The notes under the pieces were generated by a model. It was not told the origin of the DNA, ran no database searches, and worked only from the letters and a program-made list of their open reading frames with translations. The position numbers and the translations under genes are program-made. 64,000 bases of DNA from Candidatus Poribacteria bacterium (GTDB taxonomy: Bacteria; Poribacteria; WGA-4E; UBA9662), in NCBI GenBank assembly GCA_036339735.1, contig JAYZAL010000005.1:1-64000 (forward strand), written 5' to 3'. Positions 10,817-20,228 of the stretch are shown one piece after another (position 1 is the stretch's first letter; every line of letters begins with the position of its first letter).

Positions 10817-11650
10817 TTAGTTTCCAGTTAAATCCCGCCAGATTCGGTCTAGTTCACCCCGAATAGCCTGAGCATCTTTCCAAAGATCTGGGAAAATTGA
10901 TAAAGCATAACCAGGTGGACCTTGTTCCGGGCACGCATACATAACATGGTCTTCGGTGGCTGATTCTAGCCAAGTTTTGATCACCATTTCTGCAAAAGGC
11001 AACCAATCGAGGAATTCTGGGGTGAAATTTCCATCATGATCTAATGCTGAAACCTGGCAGTGGTGGCCATTAAATGGACGGAAGTGAAACTGGGACGCAT
11101 ATTGAATCAAATCTACCCGCTCTGCCAAACGATCCCAGTAAGGTGGAGATATATGCTTGATTATAGCCGGATGTGAAAAATCCCAAGTAATTTTCATCGG
11201 ACGACCTTCGGATTGCTCATATCCTTCAGCTAATGCATAAGTCTTTTCTGGTGTTTCGGTACAAGTATCTCGGTGAACTTCAATCCCAACATCTAATTCT
11301 AAGTCATCAGCTATGCGAAGAACTTCAATTGCTAAAGGAACTGCCATTTCGGTTGGCGAATCATGGTCGAGCATTTGTACGTTAACACAAGCCGAACCAA
11401 CCGATTTGAGTTGTTCCAACTCGGCTCGAATATCGCTATTCAATCCAATATCGTGGATAGCACAAAATACCAATCCGGAGTTTTCTATAAGTTCCGAAGT
11501 AACTTGTGAAATTCGACCAGCGAACCCTGTAAAGCCAGCAGAACGGATAGAATCTAGTTTTTGTTCTAGATTCCACTCACTACCCTGGTTGCCATAACCA
11601 GTCAAGGTCCAAAGACTCGCTACGTGATGAATTGTTGGTTTGTTGTCCAT
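10817..11650 (-). CDS. Xylose-isomerase-like TIM barrel (sugar phosphate isomerase/epimerase)
   Basis: IEVHR, TWDFSH, FHFR and CPEQGP metal-ligand pattern. Confidence 0.75.
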   Translation of the reverse strand: MDNKPTIHHVASLWTLTGYGNQGSEWNLEQKLDSIRSAGFTGFAGRISQVTSELIENSGLVFCAIHDIGLNSDIRAELEQLKSVGSACVNVQMLDHDSPTEMAVPLAIEVLRIADDLELDVGIEVHRDTCTETPEKTYALAEGYEQSEGRPMKITWDFSHPAIIKHISPPYWDRLAERVDLIQYASQFHFRPFNGHHCQVSALDHDGNFTPEFLDWLPFAEMVIKTWLESATEDHVMYACPEQGPPGYALSIFPDLWKDAQAIRGELDRIWRDLTGN

Positions 11651-11732
11651 TGTACCTCCAAAGAATAAAAATCAAAAAACGGACTGAAAAAACCAGTCCT
11701 GACGACATAAAGAATGGGAACTATATAAGATC

Positions 11733-13355
11733 TCAGTCAGTTGCTTCGTCTTTATCAGTTGTTTCGTCGTCCTTATCCTCATTCTCAGTCTTGGCTTTTT
11801 CTTCTAAAAAATTCTGCTTTTCTACTGCAGATTCTACTAGCTTTCTTGCGGTTTCCAAATCATCTTTTGATACTAGGTTAACTAATGCTTCGATTGCTCC
11901 CACTGTTGATAACTGTACGGCTTTCCCCACTGGCTCTTCTAAGTGACTTAGTAATTTTTTCTTCAGCTCATATTCCCAGCCAAGATTAACTGTTAAATCT
12001 GGACGCTCAGTCATTAATTTCTCCGCCGCAACTTCAGATATCTGGGTTTTCCATAAGTAGACTTGCTCCAGTTTTTCGAGTAGTTTTAAATATTCTATCG
12101 AGGCATCACTTACCTCAGTATTAAACAAATTCAAGTAGACCAAATTCTTTAAGGCTGGTAAATGGGATATACCAATGTCCCCAACGTTGGTGTTTTCTAG
12201 GTGTAGACGGGTCAGGTTAGGATAATCTACCAATTTTTCCAACCCCGAGTCAGTTATTTTAGTCCCGCCAATATCTAACCAACGCAATTGTTCCTTAAAA
12301 GATTCCAAGTAGGAAAGTTGATTATCGCCAATTTCATCAGCAATTTGGCTAAAATCAATCTGAATGAAATTTGTGTCCTGTGCTATCGGAGCCGCTAATG
12401 CTCCCATTTGTACAAGGTTAGCTAAAGAATCCTTGTCAGCTGGTGGTATAACCTGTTCGACGATTTGATTTTTCTCAACTTTTACCTCTTCCGCTTGCTT
12501 GAACTTAGTACCCTGACTAATCCAAAGCCGAATCAATTCTTGGTCTTCGGCGGAAAGTGGAGGCCCGAAATTGGATGGAGGCATTACTTCATAGTCATCT
12601 TCAGGTAACGTCAGACGTCGAAATAGTTCGCTGTCTACTGGGTTACCAGCTACTAATAGAGAATTATCAAAGTTAGCCTCTACAATATTGGCAGCCGTAT
12701 CCAACCGGAGCCCCTTGATTTGTTCATCTGGGCCATGGCAAGTAATGCAATTTTTTTGGAAAATAGGTAATATTTGCTTGTCAAAGCTGACAAGATCTCC
12801 AACAATACTTTCTATTTCTTCTTTATTATTATTTTCGCTGGTTATAGATGTGGAGCTAGACTGATCCTCTTCAAAATTCTTGAAACTAGGCCACTCAGCT
12901 CCACGGTGAATCCAGTGGATAATTTGTATAGATTCTTCAGCTGTCAATCGGGGTCTATCTGTTCCTGGAGGTGGCATACTTCTGCTGTCTTCCACCGGCA
13001 AGGTGATGCGTTGAACAATAGTACTTGCTAGTGGATCATTGGGAATAATTGCGGCGACTCCACTGTTTCCTCCTTTTAATGCACTGGGTCGATCATCTAA
13101 ACGAAGTCCACTTTTCTGCCGATCTACCCCATGACAGTCGAAACATTTGGTTTTTAATAATTCCTGAATCAAATATGATTCTTGATCTGCAGTTTGAGAT
13201 TGATCTTCTGCTGATACACTGTACACACAAAATGTCAGAGAAAAAATTAGTAAAGCTGCCCACATGCAGGTGGAAGATAATAAAATTTGCACAAGATTAT
13301 GATTTGATCTATCCATAGTATTACTTATCCTGAGGTAACTTATTAGGGGGCGCAA
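11733..13355 (-). CDS. Two planctomycete-type cytochrome c domains plus leucine-rich repeats
   Basis: CFDCH and CITCH with GLRLD...MPP...WI.xG; LRRs (LRWLDIGGTKITDSGL, LTRLHLENTNVGDIGI, LVYLNLFNTEVSDASI). True start may be a downstream Met. Confidence 0.85.
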   Translation of the reverse strand: MRPLISYLRISNTMDRSNHNLVQILLSSTCMWAALLIFSLTFCVYSVSAEDQSQTADQESYLIQELLKTKCFDCHGVDRQKSGLRLDDRPSALKGGNSGVAAIIPNDPLASTIVQRITLPVEDSRSMPPPGTDRPRLTAEESIQIIHWIHRGAEWPSFKNFEEDQSSSTSITSENNNKEEIESIVGDLVSFDKQILPIFQKNCITCHGPDEQIKGLRLDTAANIVEANFDNSLLVAGNPVDSELFRRLTLPEDDYEVMPPSNFGPPLSAEDQELIRLWISQGTKFKQAEEVKVEKNQIVEQVIPPADKDSLANLVQMGALAAPIAQDTNFIQIDFSQIADEIGDNQLSYLESFKEQLRWLDIGGTKITDSGLEKLVDYPNLTRLHLENTNVGDIGISHLPALKNLVYLNLFNTEVSDASIEYLKLLEKLEQVYLWKTQISEVAAEKLMTERPDLTVNLGWEYELKKKLLSHLEEPVGKAVQLSTVGAIEALVNLVSKDDLETARKLVESAVEKQNFLEEKAKTENEDKDDETTDKDEATD

Positions 13356-13358
13356 AAA

Positions 13359-14825
13359 TCAGGCTAAAATGTCATCAATAACTTTAGCTTCTTCAACACC
13401 TGTTAGTCGGTGATCCAACCCCTGAAATTTAACCGATAGAAGACGGTGATCAACACCTAACTGATCAAGAATCGTAGCATTCAGCTGGTGAATGTGAACT
13501 GGGTCCCGAACAATGTTATAACTAAAATCGTCGGTTTCACCATAGACGATTCCTGGCTTAATCCCCGCTCCTGCCATCCAGACTGTGTAACACTTCGGGT
13601 GATGGTCTCGCCCATAATTTTTTCGAGTTAGAGACCCCTGACAGTAGATAGTTCTACCAAATTCCCCGCCCCAAACCACGAGCGTATCGTCCAGCATACC
13701 TCGTTGCTTTAGATCTTGTATGAGCGCCGTTGCTGGTTGATCAATGTCTCTTGCTTGATTAGGTAAATCACCAGTGACATTACCATGTTGATCCCAGCCT
13801 CTATGAAAAATCTGGCTGAACCTAACACCACGTTCAGCTAATCTCCTAGCCATTAAGCAGCAATATGCGAAAGTGCCGGGTTTGTGCACATCAGGACCAT
13901 ACATATCCAATATGTAGTCTGGCTCACTGGAAAAATCAGTTAATTCAGGGACGGAAGTTTGCATTCGAAATGCCATTTCATATTGCGAAATTCGCGCGTG
14001 TATTTCCGGGTCTCCGACCTCTTGGTAATTTTTCCTATTTAGTTGATTTAATGCGGTAAGCATTTCTTTTCGGGTTTGAGGCTTTACACCGTCTGGGTTC
14101 GACAAAAATAGAACAGGATCACCACTACTTCTGAGCAAAACTCCTTGATGCTGAGAAGGCAAAAAACCAGAACCCCATAGCCGGTTATAGAGTGCTTGAG
14201 CTGATTTCCTTCCGGTCCACGTAGCATTCATTACTACAAAGGCCGGTAAATCTTCGTTATCACTACCCAACCCGTAACTCAACCAAGAGCCTAAACTGGG
14301 TTTGCCTGGTAGCTGGTCACCAGTACAAATATAAGTGATAGCAGGATCATGGTTGATAGCTTCAGTGTGTACCGTCTTTATAATTGCTAAGTCACTAACC
14401 ATGGTTGAGTGGTACGGTAGGAGTTCACTTACCCAAGCCCCGTCTGCACCATTATCATATTTCTTGAATTTATAGACCGATGGTGCTATCGGAAATCTGC
14501 TTTGTCCTGACGTCATCGTAGTTAGACGCTGACCTTGACGAACAGACTCTGGCAACTCCTTGTCGAACCAATCGACCATCTTAGGTTTATAATCAAACAG
14601 GTCCAATTGTGAGGGAGCTCCTGACATAAATAAGTAGATAGCTCGTTTAGCTTTTGGTGGGTTGTGAGGCGATTTCAAAATACTCTTGTTTGATTCGCCT
14701 GCGATTGATTGGGAAATTGACGGGCCCATCAAAGTTGACAGGGCGGCTGTACCCAATCCTAAGGCAGCTTTACCAAAAAACTGGCGACGAGTCTCGTTAT
14801 GTAAATAATCTTTTATGGGTAGCAT
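13359..14825 (-). CDS. DUF1501 family protein (Tat signal)
   Basis: TRRQFFG Tat motif, [35 protein letters not shown]. Confidence 0.95.
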   Translation of the reverse strand: MLPIKDYLHNETRRQFFGKAALGLGTAALSTLMGPSISQSIAGESNKSILKSPHNPPKAKRAIYLFMSGAPSQLDLFDYKPKMVDWFDKELPESVRQGQRLTTMTSGQSRFPIAPSVYKFKKYDNGADGAWVSELLPYHSTMVSDLAIIKTVHTEAINHDPAITYICTGDQLPGKPSLGSWLSYGLGSDNEDLPAFVVMNATWTGRKSAQALYNRLWGSGFLPSQHQGVLLRSSGDPVLFLSNPDGVKPQTRKEMLTALNQLNRKNYQEVGDPEIHARISQYEMAFRMQTSVPELTDFSSEPDYILDMYGPDVHKPGTFAYCCLMARRLAERGVRFSQIFHRGWDQHGNVTGDLPNQARDIDQPATALIQDLKQRGMLDDTLVVWGGEFGRTIYCQGSLTRKNYGRDHHPKCYTVWMAGAGIKPGIVYGETDDFSYNIVRDPVHIHQLNATILDQLGVDHRLLSVKFQGLDHRLTGVEEAKVIDDILA

Positions 14826-14842
14826 TGGTAGGCCCTCTCTTA

Positions 14843-17800
14843 TTATCCCTTTGTTAAAACCTCATCCAAGTTCAAAATTAGGTTTGCAATCATTGTCCAA
14901 GCTGCTAACTCTACGACTTCAATGGAATCGTCGACTTCGGATTCGCTGATTTTTATTAATTTCATACCAGCATCAGAATCTGACTCAAACTGATGTAGAT
15001 GCTTTTGCAGATTTTCTTCTAAAATGGCTAACTCTTCCGTATCTGGTAGCCGAGCAGTTGCTAACTCAAAGGCAAAGATTAATTTTTCCTGAATTGTTGT
15101 TCCACCTTCTTTGATAACACGCTTAGCAAAAGCTCTAGCCGCTTCCACAAACTGTGGATCATTCATTAACATTAAGGCTTGTAAAGGTGTGTTAGTTCGT
15201 TCTCGACGAACAGTACACACCTCACGAGATGGTGCATCCATGATAGCCATTTGAGGTGGAGGTGCTGTCCTTTTCCAAAAAGTATACAAACTGCGGCGAT
15301 GAACTTTTTCTTTACCCGTATCCGATACAAATCGGGCAGTATTAGAATCAGTATAGGCTACAGCATTCCACAATCCATCTGGTTGTGGTGGTTTCACACT
15401 TGGGCCTCCAATTTTTTCATACAGAAGGCCACTAACAGCTAAAGCCTGATCTCGAATCATTTCAGCATCTAAACGAAATCTTGGGCCACGGGCATAAAAA
15501 CGATTCTCAGGATCTTTTTCTAGCTTCGTGGGGGTTACTTCGGTTTTCTGCTTGTAAGTATCTGAGCTAACAAGCAAACGCATCATTTGCTTGACATCCC
15601 AACCGGTTTCAATTAACTCAGTCGCTAACCAGTCAAGTAATTGGGGGTGGCTGGGTCTTTCACCTTGACTACCAAAATCTTCTGCTGTTTTGACAATACC
15701 AGTACCAAATACCTGTTGCCAAAATCGATTGATAGTTACCCTGGCTGTAAGTGGATGGTTTGGATGAACCAACCATTTGGCTAAACCCATTCGATTTGGA
15801 GGATTATTATCATCCATAGGTGGTAAAACTGCAGGTGTATTGGGCTGTACTTGTTCTCGTCTCTGCGTATAGTCTCCTCGGTGTAAAATATAAGCTCCAC
15901 GCGGGGTTTCCCTTTCAGCCATGATTAATGTGGTCGCAATAGAACCCTCGACCTTAGACTTCTCCATTTCCTCTTGTTTGATTGCTTTACTAATTTCTTT
16001 TAAAGTCGAATGACTGGAGACATTCTGCCGGTAATAGTTTTGTAACTCTTGTCTTTGAGCTTCAGAGCGATCGGATTCGGATAATAACACCAAATCGAAC
16101 AATTGTGCTGGAATCAGTTCAACCTTTCCGGGTAAGTTGAAATAGAACCCCGAAGCACCACCATAGTTTATGATTTTAAGTAAAATTTTATTTTGTCCTT
16201 CTTTTAAGGGGACAACCACTTGATCTTGATCTGCCGCGACTCCCCGACTAACATCCTTACTGAATATCTCTAGGCCGTTAGCCCAAACCTTTATCGCATC
16301 GTCACTTCCTAGCGAGAAAGTAACCTTTTGGTCGGTAAAAGAATGAATGTTACGGTACAAAAACATGGCACTCGTATCTGGTATTTGAATGGAATGGATT
16401 TTCCCATCAATATACTCTTTTTGCTCTTCCCAAGTAAGTGTTTTCTCCCCTACCAAAAATTTCTGATTAATATCTATCTCTGATTCCTCTGGTGGATGAA
16501 CTTCGGCGAAATTTTCCACTGGGAAAGGACCCATCGCATACCAGTTCTCAGGAAGTGGTAACTTTTCCATCTCAGCATATTTACTTGATTGTGTAACAGC
16601 CAAACGTATTCGACCGAAATTATGCTGACTGTGCGGGGATTGATGTTTAACCAATAACCTAAGGGTGATGCTTGCATTTGTACCAAAGGTTTCACGGGCC
16701 AAGAAAATCGCTTGCCGGCTTTCTCGAAGCTTAAACCCTTCTGTAGCCCAACCTGTTTCAGCATTCCCATCAATAGCGTTGACAATCTTAAAATCACCAT
16801 TGGGCTGTTCATGATCAGCCCATGCTTGACTGAAAACAATCTTTTCCCATTGATCAGGTTGATCAACAGTGGAAAACTCAGCTTCAAATTCGCTTAATAC
16901 AACATTACCGTTTTCGCTTCTACCAGCCCCCTTGTGGGGTAGGGAATCATCGACTAGACCCTGTAGCCTAATACTTGTGTAACGACCTGCAGGCAATTTG
17001 GCAGAGATTTCGTACACTTCGTGATCTGGATTTGCACCACTAACTAGGACCGAATTGTCATTCAACAATTTAAGCTTGGCACCACTAGCCGCAGAATAGG
17101 AAATTGGTTGTAAAATTGTCCATCGGGGCAATTGACTTTCCCATTTTTTTTGATCAGCATCTACCTCAGGCATTGGTTCTCGTTGTTTCGTTCTCAGTTT
17201 GCTTAACTTTTGATTAATTTTTTCTAATTCTTCTTTTTGGTCAGTTGTGGCAACTTTTACGACAGGAGGTACAGCTTGCGCATTACCATCCATTGCCCGT
17301 TCGGTAATATTGTTAAAGTAGGAGTAAAATTGATAAAATTCTTTTTGTGTGATGGGATCAAATTTGTGATCGTGACAAGTAGCACAACCCATAGTCAGCC
17401 CCATCCAAACGGTTGAGGTCGTACTAGCCCGGTCAATAGCGTAACGGACATAGTATTCTTCATCGATTGATCCACCTTCGCTAGTGGTGACATTGCAACG
17501 GTTAAAGCCTGTGGCGACCTTTTGCTGTAATGTAGGGGTTGGTAAGAGATCACCAGCTAACTGTTCAATAGTAAACTGGTCAAATGGCATATTTGTATTG
17601 AATGCATTAATGACCCAATCCCTATAAGGCCACATTTGTCGGAAATTATCTAAGTGCAACCCGTGTGTGTCCCCATAACGAGCAACGTCCAGCCAAAAAC
17701 GTGCCATGTGCTCACCATATTGAGATTTTTCAAGTAGTCGGTCAACTAAACTCTCATATGATTTTGAACTTTTATCGGCAAGGAAACGATGAACCTCGCT

Positions 17801-18406
17801 TGAGGTAGGCGGCAAGCCTGTTAAATCGAACGTAACTCTTCGAATTAAATCTCTTTTATCCGCGATTTCAGAGGTAGTTAAGCCTTCAGAGTTCAAGCGT
17901 TTTCGAATAAAAAAGTCAACTGGATGTCCTTCCCAATCATTTGGTATTACGGGTTTTTGGATCGGATCTAGGGACCAATGTTCCTTCCACTCTGCACCTT
18001 CCTCAATCCAAGATTTCAGCATCTCAATTTCTTTCTGAGACAGAGAACGCTCAGAGTGAACTGGTGGCATCAGATCTTTTTTGTCTTTCGCTATCACGCG
18101 AAGATATAACTGGCTTTGAAGTGGTTTATACGGCGTGACAACCGATTGTTCCCCACGCTGCTTGAAAGCCCCCTCTCTTTGGTCTAGTCTCAAATTAGCC
18201 TGGCGTTGTTTTATGTCCGGACCATGGCAAGCGTAGCACTTATCAGACAAGATTGGCTGAATATCTCGAGTGAAGTCAATTTTTTCGGCCGACACAAAAT
18301 TCGGAGAAAGAAAATAACTAATCGCGACTGCAAAAAGTAACAGCCAATACGCGGAGATCGACAGCCGCCCCAACTTAAGTTCCCTGAAACTCATACTATT
18401 ACCCAC
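14843..18406 (-). CDS. Planctomycete cytochrome c + DUF1549 + beta-sandwich insertions + DUF1553 protein
   Basis: [42 protein letters not shown] (discoidin-like); [13 protein letters not shown] (PA14-like); [22 protein letters not shown]. Confidence 0.93.
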   Translation of the reverse strand: MGNSMSFRELKLGRLSISAYWLLLFAVAISYFLSPNFVSAEKIDFTRDIQPILSDKCYACHGPDIKQRQANLRLDQREGAFKQRGEQSVVTPYKPLQSQLYLRVIAKDKKDLMPPVHSERSLSQKEIEMLKSWIEEGAEWKEHWSLDPIQKPVIPNDWEGHPVDFFIRKRLNSEGLTTSEIADKRDLIRRVTFDLTGLPPTSSEVHRFLADKSSKSYESLVDRLLEKSQYGEHMARFWLDVARYGDTHGLHLDNFRQMWPYRDWVINAFNTNMPFDQFTIEQLAGDLLPTPTLQQKVATGFNRCNVTTSEGGSIDEEYYVRYAIDRASTTSTVWMGLTMGCATCHDHKFDPITQKEFYQFYSYFNNITERAMDGNAQAVPPVVKVATTDQKEELEKINQKLSKLRTKQREPMPEVDADQKKWESQLPRWTILQPISYSAASGAKLKLLNDNSVLVSGANPDHEVYEISAKLPAGRYTSIRLQGLVDDSLPHKGAGRSENGNVVLSEFEAEFSTVDQPDQWEKIVFSQAWADHEQPNGDFKIVNAIDGNAETGWATEGFKLRESRQAIFLARETFGTNASITLRLLVKHQSPHSQHNFGRIRLAVTQSSKYAEMEKLPLPENWYAMGPFPVENFAEVHPPEESEIDINQKFLVGEKTLTWEEQKEYIDGKIHSIQIPDTSAMFLYRNIHSFTDQKVTFSLGSDDAIKVWANGLEIFSKDVSRGVAADQDQVVVPLKEGQNKILLKIINYGGASGFYFNLPGKVELIPAQLFDLVLLSESDRSEAQRQELQNYYRQNVSSHSTLKEISKAIKQEEMEKSKVEGSIATTLIMAERETPRGAYILHRGDYTQRREQVQPNTPAVLPPMDDNNPPNRMGLAKWLVHPNHPLTARVTINRFWQQVFGTGIVKTAEDFGSQGERPSHPQLLDWLATELIETGWDVKQMMRLLVSSDTYKQKTEVTPTKLEKDPENRFYARGPRFRLDAEMIRDQALAVSGLLYEKIGGPSVKPPQPDGLWNAVAYTDSNTARFVSDTGKEKVHRRSLYTFWKRTAPPPQMAIMDAPSREVCTVRRERTNTPLQALMLMNDPQFVEAARAFAKRVIKEGGTTIQEKLIFAFELATARLPDTEELAILEENLQKHLHQFESDSDAGMKLIKISESEVDDSIEVVELAAWTMIANLILNLDEVLTKG

Positions 18407-18688
18407 ATACCATTTCTGTTCGTGAAGACATTAATTTTCCGAACTTGAATTAGAAAACATTCCCATTATTACAAAGGCAAAATAGCTTGTCAAGACAAAA
18501 GAAAACACTTGTCTTTTAGCCAAATACTATCTTGACAAAGAGAAGATTCCATTGAGTTGGAAGGCTTGCTTTTATTGTCTTGCGTATTTTCAGGCATTCT
18601 GCTATAATCAGCCACCATGTGGTAGTCATCTGCATTGTATTTGCCACCTGTGAGATAGCGTCAAAAACGATACGGGGAAAATGGTAGT

Positions 18689-20014
18689 ATGGATCGTCTA
18701 AAAATCGTATTTGTTACATTGCTTCTTTGTTCTTTTTTCTTACTTGGTTTATCGGCTGACAATCATAAAAAATCGAGTGAAACTCTGAAGATCGCTTGGG
18801 CTGAGTGGGCTCCCGCTGATTACTTACAAGAACTGTCTAAAGATTTTACTAAAGAAACCGGGGTCTCAGTTGAGATTATCCAAATACCCTGGGTCAGTTT
18901 TTTAGAAAAAATATTTACCTCCTTCAGTGGGAAGAGTGATCTTTACGACATTGTAATCGGAGATAGTCAATGGCTGGGTGTGAATTCTAAAGGTGGACAT
19001 TACATAGAACTAACGGAATGGATTAAAAATAATATCAATATCGAGGAAATCTATGGTCCAGCCATGACAGCGTTTGCCGAATACCCCAAGGGAAGTAAAA
19101 AGTATTGGGCATTGCCAGCGGAAGTAGATGCTAACGGTTATGTTTATCGAAAAGACTTATTTGAGAACCCGGTAGAGCAAAAGTCTTTTCAATCGAAGTA
19201 CGGCTACGAACTCGCGCCTCCCAAAACCTATATCCAACTGCGAGACGTTGCTGAATTTTTCACACGTCCTGAGCAGAACTTATACGGTATTGCTACTTAC
19301 TATAGCAAGGGAGGAGATGGGATTACTATGGGGTTTCAACAAGTGATGTGGTCGTTTGGCGGTTCTTACGGAGATCCTGAGACCTATGAAGTTGATGGAT
19401 ACCTGAACAGTGAAGATAGTCTTAAAGCCCTCGAATACTATAAGGACCTTATTCGGTTTTCACCACCGGACGCACCCAATTACTATTGGCAGGAAACTTT
19501 AAAGGCTTATACTTCTGGTCAGGTTGCGATGGCCATGGATTATTATGCTTTTTTCCCTGGCGCAGTTGACCCGAAAGAAAATCCGAAATATCATGACAAG
19601 AGTGGTTTTTTTATAGCACCTGCTGGACCAAAGGGTCATTACATTAGTATCGGTGGTCAGGGAATGTCTGTATCTGCATACTCAAAAAAACAAGATCTCG
19701 CTAAAAAATACATGAAATGGTTTATTCAAAAGCCTGTACAAGAGAAGTGGGCTGAGTTAGGTGGATTCACTCCAAACAAGGAAGTTCTCCAGTCAGAAGC
19801 ATTTCTAAATGCCACCCCTTATAACAGAGCCTTTGCAGCAAGCTTCCCTTATTTAAGAGATTTTTGGGCTGTGCCAGAATATGCAGAATTATTAGACGCA
19901 TGCCAGTCTAATTGGAATGCGGTTATTGTTGGGACTAAATCACCTCAGAAAGCTTTGGATGCTATAGTCCGTAAGCATGAGGAAATTTTTGAGGACGCTG
20001 GTTACTATGACTAA
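18689..20014 (+). CDS. Carbohydrate ABC transporter substrate-binding protein (CUT1)
   Basis: Signal peptide; DIVIGDSQWLG, YRKDLFE, PPKTYIQLRDVAEFFT, IGGQGMSVS. Confidence 0.92.
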   Translation: MDRLKIVFVTLLLCSFFLLGLSADNHKKSSETLKIAWAEWAPADYLQELSKDFTKETGVSVEIIQIPWVSFLEKIFTSFSGKSDLYDIVIGDSQWLGVNSKGGHYIELTEWIKNNINIEEIYGPAMTAFAEYPKGSKKYWALPAEVDANGYVYRKDLFENPVEQKSFQSKYGYELAPPKTYIQLRDVAEFFTRPEQNLYGIATYYSKGGDGITMGFQQVMWSFGGSYGDPETYEVDGYLNSEDSLKALEYYKDLIRFSPPDAPNYYWQETLKAYTSGQVAMAMDYYAFFPGAVDPKENPKYHDKSGFFIAPAGPKGHYISIGGQGMSVSAYSKKQDLAKKYMKWFIQKPVQEKWAELGGFTPNKEVLQSEAFLNATPYNRAFAASFPYLRDFWAVPEYAELLDACQSNWNAVIVGTKSPQKALDAIVRKHEEIFEDAGYYD

Positions 20015-20228
20015 AGTGAACGGTGTTGCTTGTAAACATTTGTTCCCTGTTCGGTGATGTGAGTTGGCTTTATTGTCAGGTATAATGTCAGATTTATAAG
20101 GAATTTGGCTAATTCAATTATCCTGTATTATTAAATAAATTAGAGGCGGAAATATAGTTCACCCTGCTTTAAGGTCGAATTTCCCCGCATGTTATTAAGC
20201 TTGAGCCTTTGAAAGAAGGAGTTCTCTC

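Noticed and set aside
18487-18538. Inverted repeat TTGTCAAGA...TCTTGACAA as an operator or IS end
   Set aside because: More simply two opposed TTGACA -35-like boxes in a divergent promoter region; no transposase nearby.
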